DNA of 64,000 nucleotides from Escherichia coli O157 typing phage 14. A program made the position numbers and the translations under genes. Positions 19,450 through 29,063 of this stretch are shown here, in pieces. The stretch is from sequence record KP869112. One strand, 5' to 3'. Below the pieces are notes generated by a model. The model saw only the letters and a list, made by a program, of their open reading frames with translations. It made no database searches and was not told the origin of the DNA. Within the stretch, counting starts at the first letter, position 1, and every line of letters begins with the position of its first letter.

Positions 19450-19596
19450 GGTGTTTTTACCTCTTAGTTAATTTTCTTACAACTTCCCTTCAAAAAAGAA
19501 TATAGCAAAACTGCCGATCCTTGTCAACCAAGGATAGCATAATTTTTATGTGATCAAGGGGCTTTATTGCCCCCTCTGATCGTGCAACTTGTTGTA

Positions 19597-19860
19597 TTAT
19601 TTGTTGCTCATCCAGTTTTCCCAGGCTGCCTGATAATCTGCCTCACTGCGGCGGATCTCTTCTTGCTCTTCAAGTCGGATCTCTTCTTCCAGGTACCCCA
19701 AGATGTCAGCCTTTTTGGTCTGGCGTAGCATCCAGTCATCTTTTTTGCGGGTAAAGATCTTATAAGCTTTCTCGCAAACCTCTTTTTTGCTACCTTTTTG
19801 GACTTCAAGAATTCTGTAGGCCATGTACTGAACTAATTTAAGCTGATCCAGACGTTTCAT
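19597..19860 (-). CDS. hypothetical charged protein (87 aa)
   Basis: Conserved leader (AGAGGAAACATC-ATG). Confidence 0.5.
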   Translation of the reverse strand: MKRLDQLKLVQYMAYRILEVQKGSKKEVCEKAYKIFTRKKDDWMLRQTKKADILGYLEEEIRLEEQEEIRRSEADYQAAWENWMSNK

Positions 19861-19937
19861 GATGTTTCCTCTTTATGTGGTTCGTTTTGATTAGTTGATA
19901 ATACAGCAGTTCGCAGATCAGTCTTTAGCAATTCATG

Positions 19938-20156
19938 CTATTTACTCACAAGGGTGTCGAAAACAAATTTTTCTTTATTGTCTAAACTCACGTATCCGAT
20001 TCGACCACGCAAGCCGCAAGTAGTGCCGTACTCGTAACCATTAAGGCCTTTAACCTTCCAATCCGTACCCATTAAAACCGCATTATATTCCTGACCAACT
20101 ACAAAAGCGCCCCCAGTCGATTCAATGCAAACAACTTTAATTTTACGGGTTGTCAT
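19938..20156 (-). CDS. hypothetical protein (72 aa)
   Basis: Conserved leader motif upstream. Confidence 0.5.
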   Translation of the reverse strand: MTTRKIKVVCIESTGGAFVVGQEYNAVLMGTDWKVKGLNGYEYGTTCGLRGRIGYVSLDNKEKFVFDTLVSK

Positions 20157-20216
20157 TTTCTTTCTCTCTTTGTGTGGTTCTGATTAGTGGGCCTTTTGGC
20201 CCGTGTCATTATCTTA

Positions 20217-20489
20217 TTACTTGCGGCGGCAGAATTCAAGCGTTTTTAATTGATAATCTTCCTCAGCCTGGAGTACGACCGCCTCGATCATTTCGTTGGC
20301 ATTGTTAAAGCCATAACCTTTAGCGAACTCATCCGCGCCACCTTCGTGATCATGTTCTGCGTTCATCGCTTCCACAAAATGGAATTCCAAATTGTTGAGG
20401 TAGGGGCTTGATGTTCCGTCCTCTTTTTCGATGAGATCCCAAATAGCATTAAAACGTGATTCGACTTCTTGATTAATCCAGCTTGACAT
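20217..20489 (-). CDS. hypothetical acidic protein (90 aa)
   Basis: Promoter, hairpin, CACACAACAACCAGAAGAGAGGAAAACATT leader, ATG. Confidence 0.5.
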   Translation of the reverse strand: MSSWINQEVESRFNAIWDLIEKEDGTSSPYLNNLEFHFVEAMNAEHDHEGGADEFAKGYGFNNANEMIEAVVLQAEEDYQLKTLEFCRRK

Positions 20490-20543
20490 AATGTTTTCCT
20501 CTCTTCTGGTTGTTGTGTGGGCACTTTTGCCCCTTCAAGATAA

Positions 20544-20572
20544 ATGTTACCCCACCCCCTGGCAGATGTCAA
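20544..20572 (-). promoter_or_regulatory. sigma70-like promoter on minus strand (TTGACA-N17-TAACAT)
   Basis: Hexamers read on reverse complement upstream of 20217..20489. Confidence 0.5.
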
Positions 20573-20700
20573 CGGTTTTTATAGTTCTTATATGACAGGC
20601 ACCCCCGGTGATTGTCTCCCCCCGTCGCCAGGTGCCTGCCGTGGAATAAGTATAACAAAAAACAGGACCATTGCAAGCCCTGTTTTGTAGTTTATAAATA

Positions 20701-20892
20701 TTATATTTTTTCGCCTATGTAGTCCGGTCGGTTTTTCTCTGTCATGCGCTTTAGCAATTCTTGAATAATCCATATTGCGGTCAATGTCTCATCTTCACGC
20801 TTTGAGTCAACATAATCAGGATCGTTTATAACCTTTGTTTGATTATGATATCTCAATACCGCCAACACTTTTACAGCTTCATCAGTGGTCAT
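20701..20892 (-). CDS. hypothetical protein (63 aa)
   Basis: ORF in minus array. Confidence 0.4.
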   Translation of the reverse strand: MTTDEAVKVLAVLRYHNQTKVINDPDYVDSKREDETLTAIWIIQELLKRMTEKNRPDYIGEKI

Positions 20893-21037
20893 TATCGCAC
20901 CTAAAACAATGAGTTAATATATAACACCAGATCGCTGACCACTAGAATAACACTGATCAGCACATACCTAACCATAAGGGGAAAGAGCGCCAATATTGCC
21001 ACCACAATCCCCAAGGTGATGATTATCTTTTTCATGG

Positions 21038-21322
21038 TTAACGGTTCACGTAAGTTTTCCCGTTCACGGTTATGGGCAGATCCTCCAGGTCTGGGTCTTC
21101 CTTAAGGTCGCGAGCAAGCTCACCGCACCGGATACCCTCGAATCCGTAGTACTCTGTTGTACCGTCATTAAAAGTTTTAGCGGCAAGGCATAAGCGATAA
21201 GTAACCCCGATTTGATTGACGGCATGGATATCCGTTAGATCAACCTCTTTTGCCAGCTCTTTAGCCATTACAGGCGCATTAAGTCCAACAACCAGGGCAA
21301 CCACTGCGATCATCTTTTTCAT
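21038..21322 (-). CDS. secreted/periplasmic small protein with signal peptide
   Basis: MKKMIAVVALVVGLNAPVMA N-terminus resembles Sec signal peptide. Confidence 0.5.
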   Translation of the reverse strand: MKKMIAVVALVVGLNAPVMAKELAKEVDLTDIHAVNQIGVTYRLCLAAKTFNDGTTEYYGFEGIRCGELARDLKEDPDLEDLPITVNGKTYVNR

Positions 21323-21413
21323 TGTGTCTATCCTCTTTCTGCTACGTTTAAGGCGGCGGTAACCGCCTGTTTATGCTTTGTTGGTTAATTTTCAGGTATC
21401 TGTATAAATTAAA

Positions 21414-21638
21414 CTATGCTGTACGCTCAACTATAACAACGGTTTGGGGGATCTCACCTTCCACCACTAGTAAGGCCTTTTTCTGCGTGATGGATATCTT
21501 TACCCGTTGCAGCGTGGCGGTGAAGTCTTTCATTTCGTCACGTGGTGTTTTAGTGCAATGCCAGATCTCAGGCTTACCTATTTGCAAGCCGCGTAAAAAT
21601 TCTGTTTTACCTGTCTTATTCGTGATCATTTTATTCAC
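21414..21638 (-). CDS. hypothetical protein (74 aa)
   Basis: ORF in minus array. Confidence 0.45.
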   Translation of the reverse strand: MNKMITNKTGKTEFLRGLQIGKPEIWHCTKTPRDEMKDFTATLQRVKISITQKKALLVVEGEIPQTVVIVERTA

Positions 21639-22086
21639 CTTAACCGATACCGTGGGAAGATAGGATCATGTTAGCCATAGTTGCAACCACTCCAACCGAT
21701 AATGCCAGGCCAACTACTACAACCGTGAAAATTTTCTCTAACATGATTCTACCCTCATTAATGGGCGTTGCCTTATTGCCCCGCCCTACGAAATACATTC
21801 TACCCGATTTGTAATTGTTGTCAAACTATTTTAACGATAATCATCATATGCTTTATTTACCTGGCGAATATAACATTCAAAAGCCAGATCAATAGATTTA
21901 TATTCACGAATATACTCACCATAGGAAACCACATACATTTCTATAGCTTCCTCATATGCGAGGAGAATAGAATCTAAGCCTACGATCTCAGTCTTTGCAA
22001 TAATAGCCATGATTTTTATCCTCTTTGTGGTTGGTGGGGCTTGTTGCCCCCCTTTGATTTATATATTACAGTCTTATATGGTCATG

Positions 22087-22320
22087 TCAACTATTTTCAA
22101 AAAATTTTTCTGCTGTGATATTTTTCCCGGTCGGATTCGCTACTTTCAAAATTTTATCATGTACTGGACGCCCAAAAGAATAAGATCCGTATACAGTAAA
22201 CCAATAATCGCCGTCAGGCTGTACTATTACCGCCGCATATGGTACGCCTTTTTCGTTTTTGCTGACAAAATAGATCACATTGCCATTAATAGCCTCAGCG
22301 CGTTTAATTTGTTCCATCAT
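22087..22320 (-). CDS. hypothetical protein (77 aa)
   Basis: Leader motif (AAAGAGAGGTAAATCATC-ATG). Confidence 0.5.
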   Translation of the reverse strand: MMEQIKRAEAINGNVIYFVSKNEKGVPYAAVIVQPDGDYWFTVYGSYSFGRPVHDKILKVANPTGKNITAEKFFENS

Positions 22321-22374
22321 GATGATTTACCTCTCTTTATTTTCATAATTGGGGCCTTTTCGGCCCCGCCAGGT

Positions 22375-22659
22375 TTATTTATTGATAGCGTGCAGCGGGA
22401 AAGGTACGCCAGGTTGATAGATAACTTTTACAACCTCATCAGGGCAAAAGAAATTGCAGAATTCCCCCTGATAAGCCTCATCCTCTTTCAATTCTTCATC
22501 AACATACTCAAAAAAGTAGTCAACACTTGGATAATCTTGCCCTGGGTTATAGTCAACCATTGTCAGGACCAGTTCAAGATCGTTGCGTAGGATATGCATA
22601 CCCGCTTTTAAGTATTTTGCTTCCATTTCTACTACATCGCCAGCGGTAACAATAGCCAT
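22375..22659 (-). CDS. hypothetical acidic protein (94 aa)
   Basis: Leader hairpin plus RBS upstream. Confidence 0.5.
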   Translation of the reverse strand: MAIVTAGDVVEMEAKYLKAGMHILRNDLELVLTMVDYNPGQDYPSVDYFFEYVDEELKEDEAYQGEFCNFFCPDEVVKVIYQPGVPFPLHAINK

Positions 22660-22861
22660 GGTTTTAACTCCTATCTATCCGGTTAATGATTGGGGGGCCT
22701 CCCCCCTGACACGTCCTATTATCCATATTGTAGGGCTTGATGCAAGTACTTCTTTAAAAAATTTTTAAGCGCCTTGGGGCCGCTGTAACGCTAAAATAAT
22801 AAAGGCCATGCAACCGCATAGCCTTTATGTGATTATATCACTGCAGGACCTGCTAGAGGCC

Positions 22862-23212
22862 TTATTTTGCATTCTTGCCTGTATTGCCGCCACGGTACCA
22901 GCGTTTGCGGTGAAAATGGTAATAATCACCCTCGGCATTAAACATCAGATGATTTTCAATAACCAGCTTACGAAGGTGGGCCGGATCTTGTTCCATTCTT
23001 GCCAGATTCCGGCGGCTGTTACGTAAGCGTATAAATTCCATATTCAGGCCGTTGATTGCAGCATGGATGTCAAAGTAACCACCTTTGAGACGTTCACGCA
23101 TGGCGTTAAGCTCAACACAATATACAGATTTCTCACAAATCAAGGTATTAGCTAGGGCGCGGACCTGGGCAAGGGGGTTAAGCTCATTAAGGTAATATAG
23201 TTTGACTTTCAT
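22862..23212 (-). CDS. hypothetical basic protein (116 aa)
   Basis: ORF in minus array. Confidence 0.5.
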   Translation of the reverse strand: MKVKLYYLNELNPLAQVRALANTLICEKSVYCVELNAMRERLKGGYFDIHAAINGLNMEFIRLRNSRRNLARMEQDPAHLRKLVIENHLMFNAEGDYYHFHRKRWYRGGNTGKNAK

Positions 23213-23229
23213 AAAATCGCCTGCTGAAA

Positions 23230-23538
23230 TTAGTTTGAGAAAACATCGTTCACAATAGCGATCACAATGCCGCCCACCTTGTCACGGTCAACAATGCACA
23301 AATCACCATGGATCATGCGGTAGTCTGGATGATCTTTCACAGAATAGTCAATAAGTGTTTTCTTGTCGTCCAGCTTCGTAACTTCCATTCTCATAACGAT
23401 ATGAGAATCATCAAAGGCATTATTCCGAAAAGTCATAGCCTGACCGCCAGGGCACCCGGTGATCTCCACTTCCACACCATCTACGATCTGACCATCAAAG
23501 AAATAAAGATTATTAGCCTGGATAAACATGTCTATCAC
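23230..23538 (-). CDS. hypothetical protein (102 aa)
   Basis: Downstream of conserved promoter-operator element. Confidence 0.5.
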   Translation of the reverse strand: MIDMFIQANNLYFFDGQIVDGVEVEITGCPGGQAMTFRNNAFDDSHIVMRMEVTKLDDKKTLIDYSVKDHPDYRMIHGDLCIVDRDKVGGIVIAIVNDVFSN

Positions 23539-23573
23539 TCCTTGTTAACTGCGTGGTATTTTAACAGGGTTTA

Positions 23574-23620
23574 AATTTACTTTATTGATGGCCCTGGAGT
23601 CAAGGCCATCTAAAAATAAA
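23574..23620 (-). promoter_or_regulatory. conserved promoter-operator element (copy 1 of 3)
   Basis: TTGACT-N18-TAAATT on minus strand with 24-bp hyphenated palindrome GATGGCCCTGGAGTCAAGGCCATC over the -35. Confidence 0.5.
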
Positions 23621-23622
23621 TT

Positions 23623-23823
23623 TTACAGGCCTACAATCTCTTTGATTCGTTTAACCGCTGCCTCAGCGCCTTGGGGGTAAAAATTATGGTAACCAATCAC
23701 GCGAGTGATACTAATCGCCGTTTGATGATCTTCATAGTCGCCCTTGAAGATTTCTTGACCGTCAATCAGCACGGCAATTTTTTCTTCTTTTTTGAAGTTA
23801 ATAACGCGGATATTGTTGCTCAT
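23623..23823 (-). CDS. hypothetical protein (66 aa)
   Basis: Leader motif AGGAGAAACAAA-ATG. Confidence 0.45.
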   Translation of the reverse strand: MSNNIRVINFKKEEKIAVLIDGQEIFKGDYEDHQTAISITRVIGYHNFYPQGAEAAVKRIKEIVGL

Positions 23824-24078
23824 TTTGTTTCTCCTTTCTGGTTTTTGTGTTGGTGGGGATGTTTCCCCGTTGATTGTTATTATCCATATTGCGGACCAGA
23901 TTGCAACACCCTGGAAGAAAAATTTTTTGAAAAAGTTAAGCCCCCCATGATCGGGGGCGTTATCAGTTACTTATAGCAATAAAGTACATTCCTACCCCTA
24001 ACAATATTTCAAGGGCGATGATCTCAAGCCATACCATAACCTGGCGCACCTTATCGGTGCGGGGCTTATCCTTGGTTG

Positions 24079-24324
24079 TCATCGTCTCCCCCTTTCCTCC
24101 TGGTAGTAGTGACGTAGTTTACAATGGCCCCCAGGAGTACCATCACCACGCACATCATAAGAAAAATTATCTCTGTCGTTGTTCGATCCATTGTTATAAA
24201 ATTCCTCAAGATCAGGCCTGAAAATAAAGCGTTCGTTATTGAATCCATCACGCCAGGCGGCTGGCTTCAAATCTTCATTAAAGGGATTAATTAACGTGGT
24301 ATTATTTAAACGGCTGGCCCACAT
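24079..24324 (-). CDS. hypothetical Asn/Asp-rich protein
   Basis: Internal ATG with GAGAGG RBS chosen; ORF track 24079..24342. Confidence 0.35.
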   Translation of the reverse strand: MWASRLNNTTLINPFNEDLKPAAWRDGFNNERFIFRPDLEEFYNNGSNNDRDNFSYDVRGDGTPGGHCKLRHYYQEERGRR

Positions 24325-24673
24325 ATTTTCTATTCCTCTCAAATAGGCGATCCGCCTCAGTTAAACATATCTCATGGGCTTGATCTCTGGTTTTAGCCTC
24401 ATCAAAAACTTGTTGTGCCAGGCTGCAGCGCAAGGAGACCGGAAGATCACTATAATAGGCGTTAACAAAAGTTTGGGCGTCATACAGGTCGGAAAATACT
24501 TTACCCTTCTTATTATTATCCTTGTCAACAATTGCAAGGATAACTAGTACAATGGTTGCAACCACCCCCAAGAAAATAGATATAATAAACCATAAAAAGG
24601 CGGATCTACCCATCTTGCCAGCTATCCAGGCGTTGAACAAGGCAACTACTACAGCCAAAATAATAAATTCCAT
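24302..24673 (-). CDS. small membrane protein (2 TM helices)
   Basis: Start at internal ATG (MEFIILAVV) with AAGAGG RBS; ORF track 24302..24811. Confidence 0.45.
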   Translation of the reverse strand: MEFIILAVVVALFNAWIAGKMGRSAFLWFIISIFLGVVATIVLVILAIVDKDNNKKGKVFSDLYDAQTFVNAYYSDLPVSLRCSLAQQVFDEAKTRDQAHEICLTEADRLFERNRKYVGQPFK

Positions 24674-24740
24674 TCTATGTACCTCTTTTGCAGTTCTGTT
24701 TAACAATAAGGCGGCAAATATGCCGCCGCCTGTTACCTGA

Positions 24741-25121
24741 TTAAAAACTATCGCCGTAAATCTTCCCGCTTTCTGCCCACACCACCACGCGGGGCATACT
24801 ATCCCACACATCTTGTTTTAGATTGAGCGCGTGCAATTCTTCGATGGTGCCCATACCGGGCACGGGCTGATTGTATACTGCAAAACGACCACCCGCATAA
24901 TCATAGGCTAGAATTAAATCACACTGGATCATCTTTTTGATCATGGCATTAAGCATGGCGTTAGCCGCATACTGATCACGTTTTAAAGGCAACTCTTTGA
25001 TTAGTTTGCGATAGTTTTCGATATGGTCGCACACTGTTTCACGCGGAAGATCTTTCATATCCTCGCGAAAGGTAACCAGGTTAAACATAACGGTGTAAAT
25101 AGCTTTGGTAGTGTTTTTCAT
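24741..25121 (-). CDS. hypothetical protein (126 aa)
   Basis: Leader motif upstream. Confidence 0.5.
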   Translation of the reverse strand: MKNTTKAIYTVMFNLVTFREDMKDLPRETVCDHIENYRKLIKELPLKRDQYAANAMLNAMIKKMIQCDLILAYDYAGGRFAVYNQPVPGMGTIEELHALNLKQDVWDSMPRVVVWAESGKIYGDSF

Positions 25122-25210
25122 GATGTTTTCCTCTTTGTTTTGTGTGGGGGCAAACGTCTTGCCCCTTGAGTTTTAATATAGCAGGTTTTTAGGTTATTGC
25201 AACACTTTAT

Positions 25211-25834
25211 TTATGAAAAAGTCATCTCGCCATATTCATCCACATCAAACCGCCAATCATTGGCCTCGATAAGGCCGATCAGGTTTTCGGTGGTGAATTG
25301 TTCAAGATAGGCTTGCTCCAGGTCTACGTAAACCTTGCGGGATAACTCCCGTACCGTCTCGGTGATCAGCTCTTCCAGCTCTTCAACTTTATCCTCTTGC
25401 TTGGTGGTCAGGTCTAGCCAATTGGTATCGATGCACCCGCCTATTGTGTTTTCGTGATGATAATGGCTAAACGGGATACGTTCAACGCTGGCTGACAGTT
25501 CGCCATCATGCATTGTGCCGAACAAGTGTCTAATTAAGCGGAATTTTGTAAGCGCTTTAACCTTACGCAAGAATTTTTCTAAGTTTACATTTTCAGCGCT
25601 AATTGATGCGCCGTCGCCTTGACACCAAAAGCCGGACCAATGTATTTCGGTATCTTCAAGGCCATACTCTGGAAAAACATATTCTTTATAGTACTCAATT
25701 ACACTTTCTGCAAAAAAGTTATCCCCGCTGTGTTCTTCTCTTTCGCGGACCATTTCAACAGCTTTTTCTTTTTGTTCGTCGGTCAGCACGTCGAAAGATA
25801 AATTGTAACCTGTAGTAATGTTAACGGTGGTCAT
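25211..25834 (-). CDS. hypothetical acidic protein (207 aa)
   Basis: ORF with leader motif; Glu/Asp-rich. Confidence 0.5.
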   Translation of the reverse strand: MTTVNITTGYNLSFDVLTDEQKEKAVEMVREREEHSGDNFFAESVIEYYKEYVFPEYGLEDTEIHWSGFWCQGDGASISAENVNLEKFLRKVKALTKFRLIRHLFGTMHDGELSASVERIPFSHYHHENTIGGCIDTNWLDLTTKQEDKVEELEELITETVRELSRKVYVDLEQAYLEQFTTENLIGLIEANDWRFDVDEYGEMTFS

Positions 25835-26142
25835 GATATTTTCTCCTATTTTCTTTGTTAGTGGCGGGNNNNNNNNNNNNNNNNNNNNNNNNNNNNNNNN
25901 NNNNNNNNNNNNNNNNNNNNNNNNNNNNNNNNNNNNNNNNNNNNNNNNNNNNNNNNNNNNNNNNNNNNNNNNNNNNNNNNNNNNNNNNNNNNNNNNNNNN
26001 NNNNNNNNNNNNNNNNNNNNNNNNNNNNNNNNNNNNNNNNNNNNNNNNNNNNNNNNNNNNNNNNNNNNNNNNNNNNNNNNNNNNNNNNNNNNNNNNNNNN
26101 NNNNNNNNNNNNNNNNNNNNNNNNNNNNNNNNNNNNNNNNNN

Positions 26143-26295
26143 TTTAATCACTGGACGGCCTTGCCAGTGCCCTTGGAGAAAGCGCGCTTTAACTTTATCG
26201 GTGGAACTATCACGCCACCAAACGGCTTTATTATTGCAGTAGTAAAAATTATTCAGGACAACATCGACTTTATCAAAATTTTTTAATTTACGCAT
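26143..26295 (-). CDS. hypothetical protein, 3' end lost in assembly gap
   Basis: ORF runs into N-run 25862-26142; leader motif upstream. Confidence 0.35.
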
Positions 26296-26506
26296 GGCGT
26301 TTACTCCTTCCTTCTTGCTTTGATGTGGTTAGTATATCCGGACTATCCCAAGGTGTCAAGCTTTAAATAGAATCACTGTCAATAATATTTTTAACGCCAT
26401 AAAACGGCCCTAGACGCTGTTTTCAGGTTAAGAAAGGGGATTGCATAGGTAGGGGCCTTTATGGCGCTTGTAGGGCCAACCAGGGGCGCTATCGGCGGGA
26501 TAGAAA

Positions 26507-26532
26507 TAAAAAGCCCCGCACAATGGCGGGGC
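26507..26532 (-). terminator. rho-independent terminator (minus strand)
   Basis: GCCCCGC-CATTGTG-GCGGGGC hairpin followed by TTTTTATTTC on minus strand. Confidence 0.7.
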
Positions 26533-26540
26533 GTTGGTTG

Positions 26541-26738
26541 CTATTTGTCTTTGTGGCGGTATCGTTCCGCCTGTCGTTCACGTTCCAAAAGCAGGCCCGG
26601 TAATTTGCGATCATAGTGATTTCTCCAGATCTTCCCGAACCTTTTCGGTTTATTCGGTTTATTGTTACGCTGGCGGCGTTCCGGCAGCTCTTCGGAATCG
26701 TGGGGGCGCTTTACAATTTTTTCGAAATTAATTTTCAT
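26541..26738 (-). CDS. small basic protein (65 aa)
   Basis: Internal ATG with AAGGGGGCG RBS; Arg/Lys-rich; ORF track 26541..26762. Confidence 0.45.
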   Translation of the reverse strand: MKINFEKIVKRPHDSEELPERRQRNNKPNKPKRFGKIWRNHYDRKLPGLLLERERQAERYRHKDK

Positions 26739-27081
26739 AAACGCCCCCTTTACTGATCTCAATATTTGCCTGAATCGCCCGGATACGACGTTTTATAGTC
26801 TCCTGATCCTTGCAATCATATCCCCAAAAGTCTACGATTTTTGCGCCGCCAGCCTTTAAGCGGTATAATGTTTCTTGCATCTTGTAAGCTGGGATCGGTC
26901 TCGGTGTTACCTGGTCCCCTTTCTCATCCTTGTACTTGATAATGTAGTCTTCATTGTCGTTGAATACCCAAAATGGGTATTCTGTAAGCGCGTTGCTCTC
27001 TTTTTCGTTTTTGGATTGGATCTTGTTTACAATTAAAGCCGTAGCAATAGCGCCAATAATAAAACTTGCCCCGCTGATCAT
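26728..27081 (-). CDS. hypothetical protein with N-terminal TM helix
   Basis: Internal ATG with AAGGAG RBS; ORF track 26728..27099. Confidence 0.45.
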   Translation of the reverse strand: MISGASFIIGAIATALIVNKIQSKNEKESNALTEYPFWVFNDNEDYIIKYKDEKGDQVTPRPIPAYKMQETLYRLKAGGAKIVDFWGYDCKDQETIKRRIRAIQANIEISKGGVYEN

Positions 27082-27157
27082 GTTACTTTCTCCTTTCATT
27101 GTGCTGATAAACTATCTTTATAGATGGCCCTGCTACCAGGACCACCGAAAAAACAGT

Positions 27158-27403
27158 TTATTTGACGATACCGACAAAACAGATCCCGCCTTCCCCTATA
27201 TAGGCAACATCGGTAATTTTATAATTTGTCAAGATCCGCGTGTTCAGATCATTAATAAAATCGGTCATCGCGTTGGTGTAGTTGTCTTCCGTGTCTAAGG
27301 CATAATCCCAGGTGTAAACCTTTTTACGTCCGAAGCCTTTTACCATGATACGGGCGCTTTTGGTGTTGGTAGGGGCATAATATTTGGTGATTAGTGCTGC
27401 CAT
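27158..27403 (-). CDS. hypothetical protein (81 aa)
   Basis: Downstream of conserved promoter-operator element. Confidence 0.5.
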   Translation of the reverse strand: MAALITKYYAPTNTKSARIMVKGFGRKKVYTWDYALDTEDNYTNAMTDFINDLNTRILTNYKITDVAYIGEGGICFVGIVK

Positions 27404-27444
27404 GGTTTTAACTCCTCTGAATTAGTTCAGTGTTAACAGTATAA

Positions 27445-27490
27445 AGTTTACTTTATTGATGGCCCTGAAGTCAAGGCCATCTAAAAATAA
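27445..27490 (-). promoter_or_regulatory. conserved promoter-operator element (copy 2 of 3)
   Basis: 46 bp identical to 28055-28100; TTGACT-N18-TAAACT with palindrome GATGGCCCTGAAGTCAAGGCCATC. Confidence 0.5.
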
Positions 27491-27492
27491 TC

Positions 27493-27834
27493 TTACTCGT
27501 TTTCTTCCAGCTCTGCAAGCTCTTCTTTTGCTTCTTCTAACTCTGTCTGTAGTTCCTGGTATTCTTCATCGTCCTCAATATCCAGGCTGTCGATGTAGTC
27601 GCTAAATCCGCAGCGGTAAGCGATAGGATCTAGCTCCTCGAGGATACGCGACGGAAGAAAAGAAATGTTTCCGATCATAATTTCGCCGTAGATCTCGTCT
27701 AACCATTCATCATAGTTTTCGTCGTACTTGTCCTCGTCGATTTCAAAGTTATCGATCTTATTCTCAAGGTCTGCGATCTGTTTTTTCAGCGCGGCGATCT
27801 GCATGGCTTTTTCTGCGGCGGTCATAGTAGTCAT
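27493..27834 (-). CDS. hypothetical acidic coiled-coil protein (113 aa)
   Basis: Leader motif upstream. Confidence 0.5.
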   Translation of the reverse strand: MTTMTAAEKAMQIAALKKQIADLENKIDNFEIDEDKYDENYDEWLDEIYGEIMIGNISFLPSRILEELDPIAYRCGFSDYIDSLDIEDDEEYQELQTELEEAKEELAELEENE

Positions 27835-28054
27835 GGTGTTTTTCTCCTTTTGTGTGTTCTGGGAAGTTTTCCCGTCTATGTGTTTAGTATACTGATCTAA
27901 GTTAGCTTGTCAATTAAAAGTTTAAGAAAAATTTTGCGATACCGTTGGCGCTACCCATCAACATTTGCGCCAGGATGTAACCAATGATGCAAACGATAAT
28001 AGTTACCTTTGTGTGCTGGCGTGTAGTACTCATCTTTAAGCCCCCTTTCCGCTC

Positions 28055-28100
28055 AACTGTGGTTAGTTTACTTTATTGATGGCCCTGAAGTCAAGGCCAT
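28055..28100 (-). promoter_or_regulatory. conserved promoter-operator element (copy 3 of 3)
   Basis: Identical to 27445-27490; a 36-codon hydrophobic ORF follows on minus strand (about 27925-28033). Confidence 0.5.
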
Positions 28101-28112
28101 CTAAAAATAAAC

Positions 28113-28517
28113 TCAGTAAGTTTTCAGTACTTTACCGTCCAACCTGTCAAGCTGGATCTCGATAGCTGCAGAAAACCTATTGTAAACCACATCGCCCATA
28201 GAATCCAACCAGTCTATGACATTATACACTTGCTCTTTGTTCTTGCAGGTCCGGATCCGTTTCATGATGTAAGCCGGATCAATATTGGTACTCTCGTTGG
28301 TGTTCCCCTGTACCTGGTTTGCCGTATTAGTTACATCTTTAATGGCCTTTACCACCACCTGGAATGGCTTTAAGGTGCCTTTTGCGTTCATCTCACGCGC
28401 TTTTGCGGCGCGGTTGTTATATGTTACACAACGGCGGCAAATGTTGACCAAATGCATATCAATAATTTTTTCATCGTTTGCCAGTTCGTTCATGATGCGG
28501 CGTACGTTCTTATTCAT
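28113..28517 (-). CDS. hypothetical protein (134 aa)
   Basis: Leader motif with hairpin GGCGGGAATGTTTCCCGCC. Confidence 0.5.
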   Translation of the reverse strand: MNKNVRRIMNELANDEKIIDMHLVNICRRCVTYNNRAAKAREMNAKGTLKPFQVVVKAIKDVTNTANQVQGNTNESTNIDPAYIMKRIRTCKNKEQVYNVIDWLDSMGDVVYNRFSAAIEIQLDRLDGKVLKTY

Positions 28518-28600
28518 GATCTTTTTCCTTTGTGTTGGCGGGAAACATTCCCGCCTTTTGTGCCTAGTTTACTTTAATTTTGCAGCGTGTCAATAATTTT

Positions 28601-28999
28601 TTATTCATGGGCGCATGTTACAATGTGCTTTTTATAGCCCAGGTGGTCAGCAAGTGCCGACAAAAACTCTTCTTCGTAGATCCAGCCGTCGGCAGTGATC
28701 CCCATAGCATTTAATGCGCTCTCAAGTGCTGCGTTAGCTTTATCATAACCGTGACCGCTCGCCTTGCCGCCAGTATAGCCGTACTTATTGTTCTTGTTGT
28801 CGTGTATCCAAAAAACGCAGTAGTAAGTGTTCCCGCTGGCGGCGGCATAATACCGGATCTCAGCTACTTCGTGCAAATTATTGTCATCGTCCAGGCCCAC
28901 CAGATTATAAGCCTTGTAAAATCCACGATCACGGCGGCAGTTCTTGACATCAGAAAAAGAAAAGTCTGCATTATCAAAATTAAAGGTAGTGGTTTTCAT
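28601..28999 (-). CDS. hypothetical protein (132 aa)
   Basis: Leader motif upstream. Confidence 0.5.
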   Translation of the reverse strand: MKTTTFNFDNADFSFSDVKNCRRDRGFYKAYNLVGLDDDNNLHEVAEIRYYAAASGNTYYCVFWIHDNKNNKYGYTGGKASGHGYDKANAALESALNAMGITADGWIYEEEFLSALADHLGYKKHIVTCAHE

Positions 29000-29063
29000 G
29001 ATTTTATCCTCTTAGTGTCTTTTGTGCTTTTAGTGTATTTGGTGTCGGACTATATGTCAATAC

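Noticed and set aside
21373-23574. Plus-strand ORFs 21373..21663, 21768..21977, 22009..22590, 22583..22768, 22808..23026, 23308..23574
   Set aside because: Antisense to a consistent minus-strand gene array that has RBS and leader motifs; translations are hydrophobic, low-complexity and atypical.
25818-26295. ORFs translated through the N-run (poly-X proteins at 25818..26147, 25855..26286, 25858..26295)
   Set aside because: Artefacts of translating unknown bases; only the flanking real sequence was annotated as a partial CDS.
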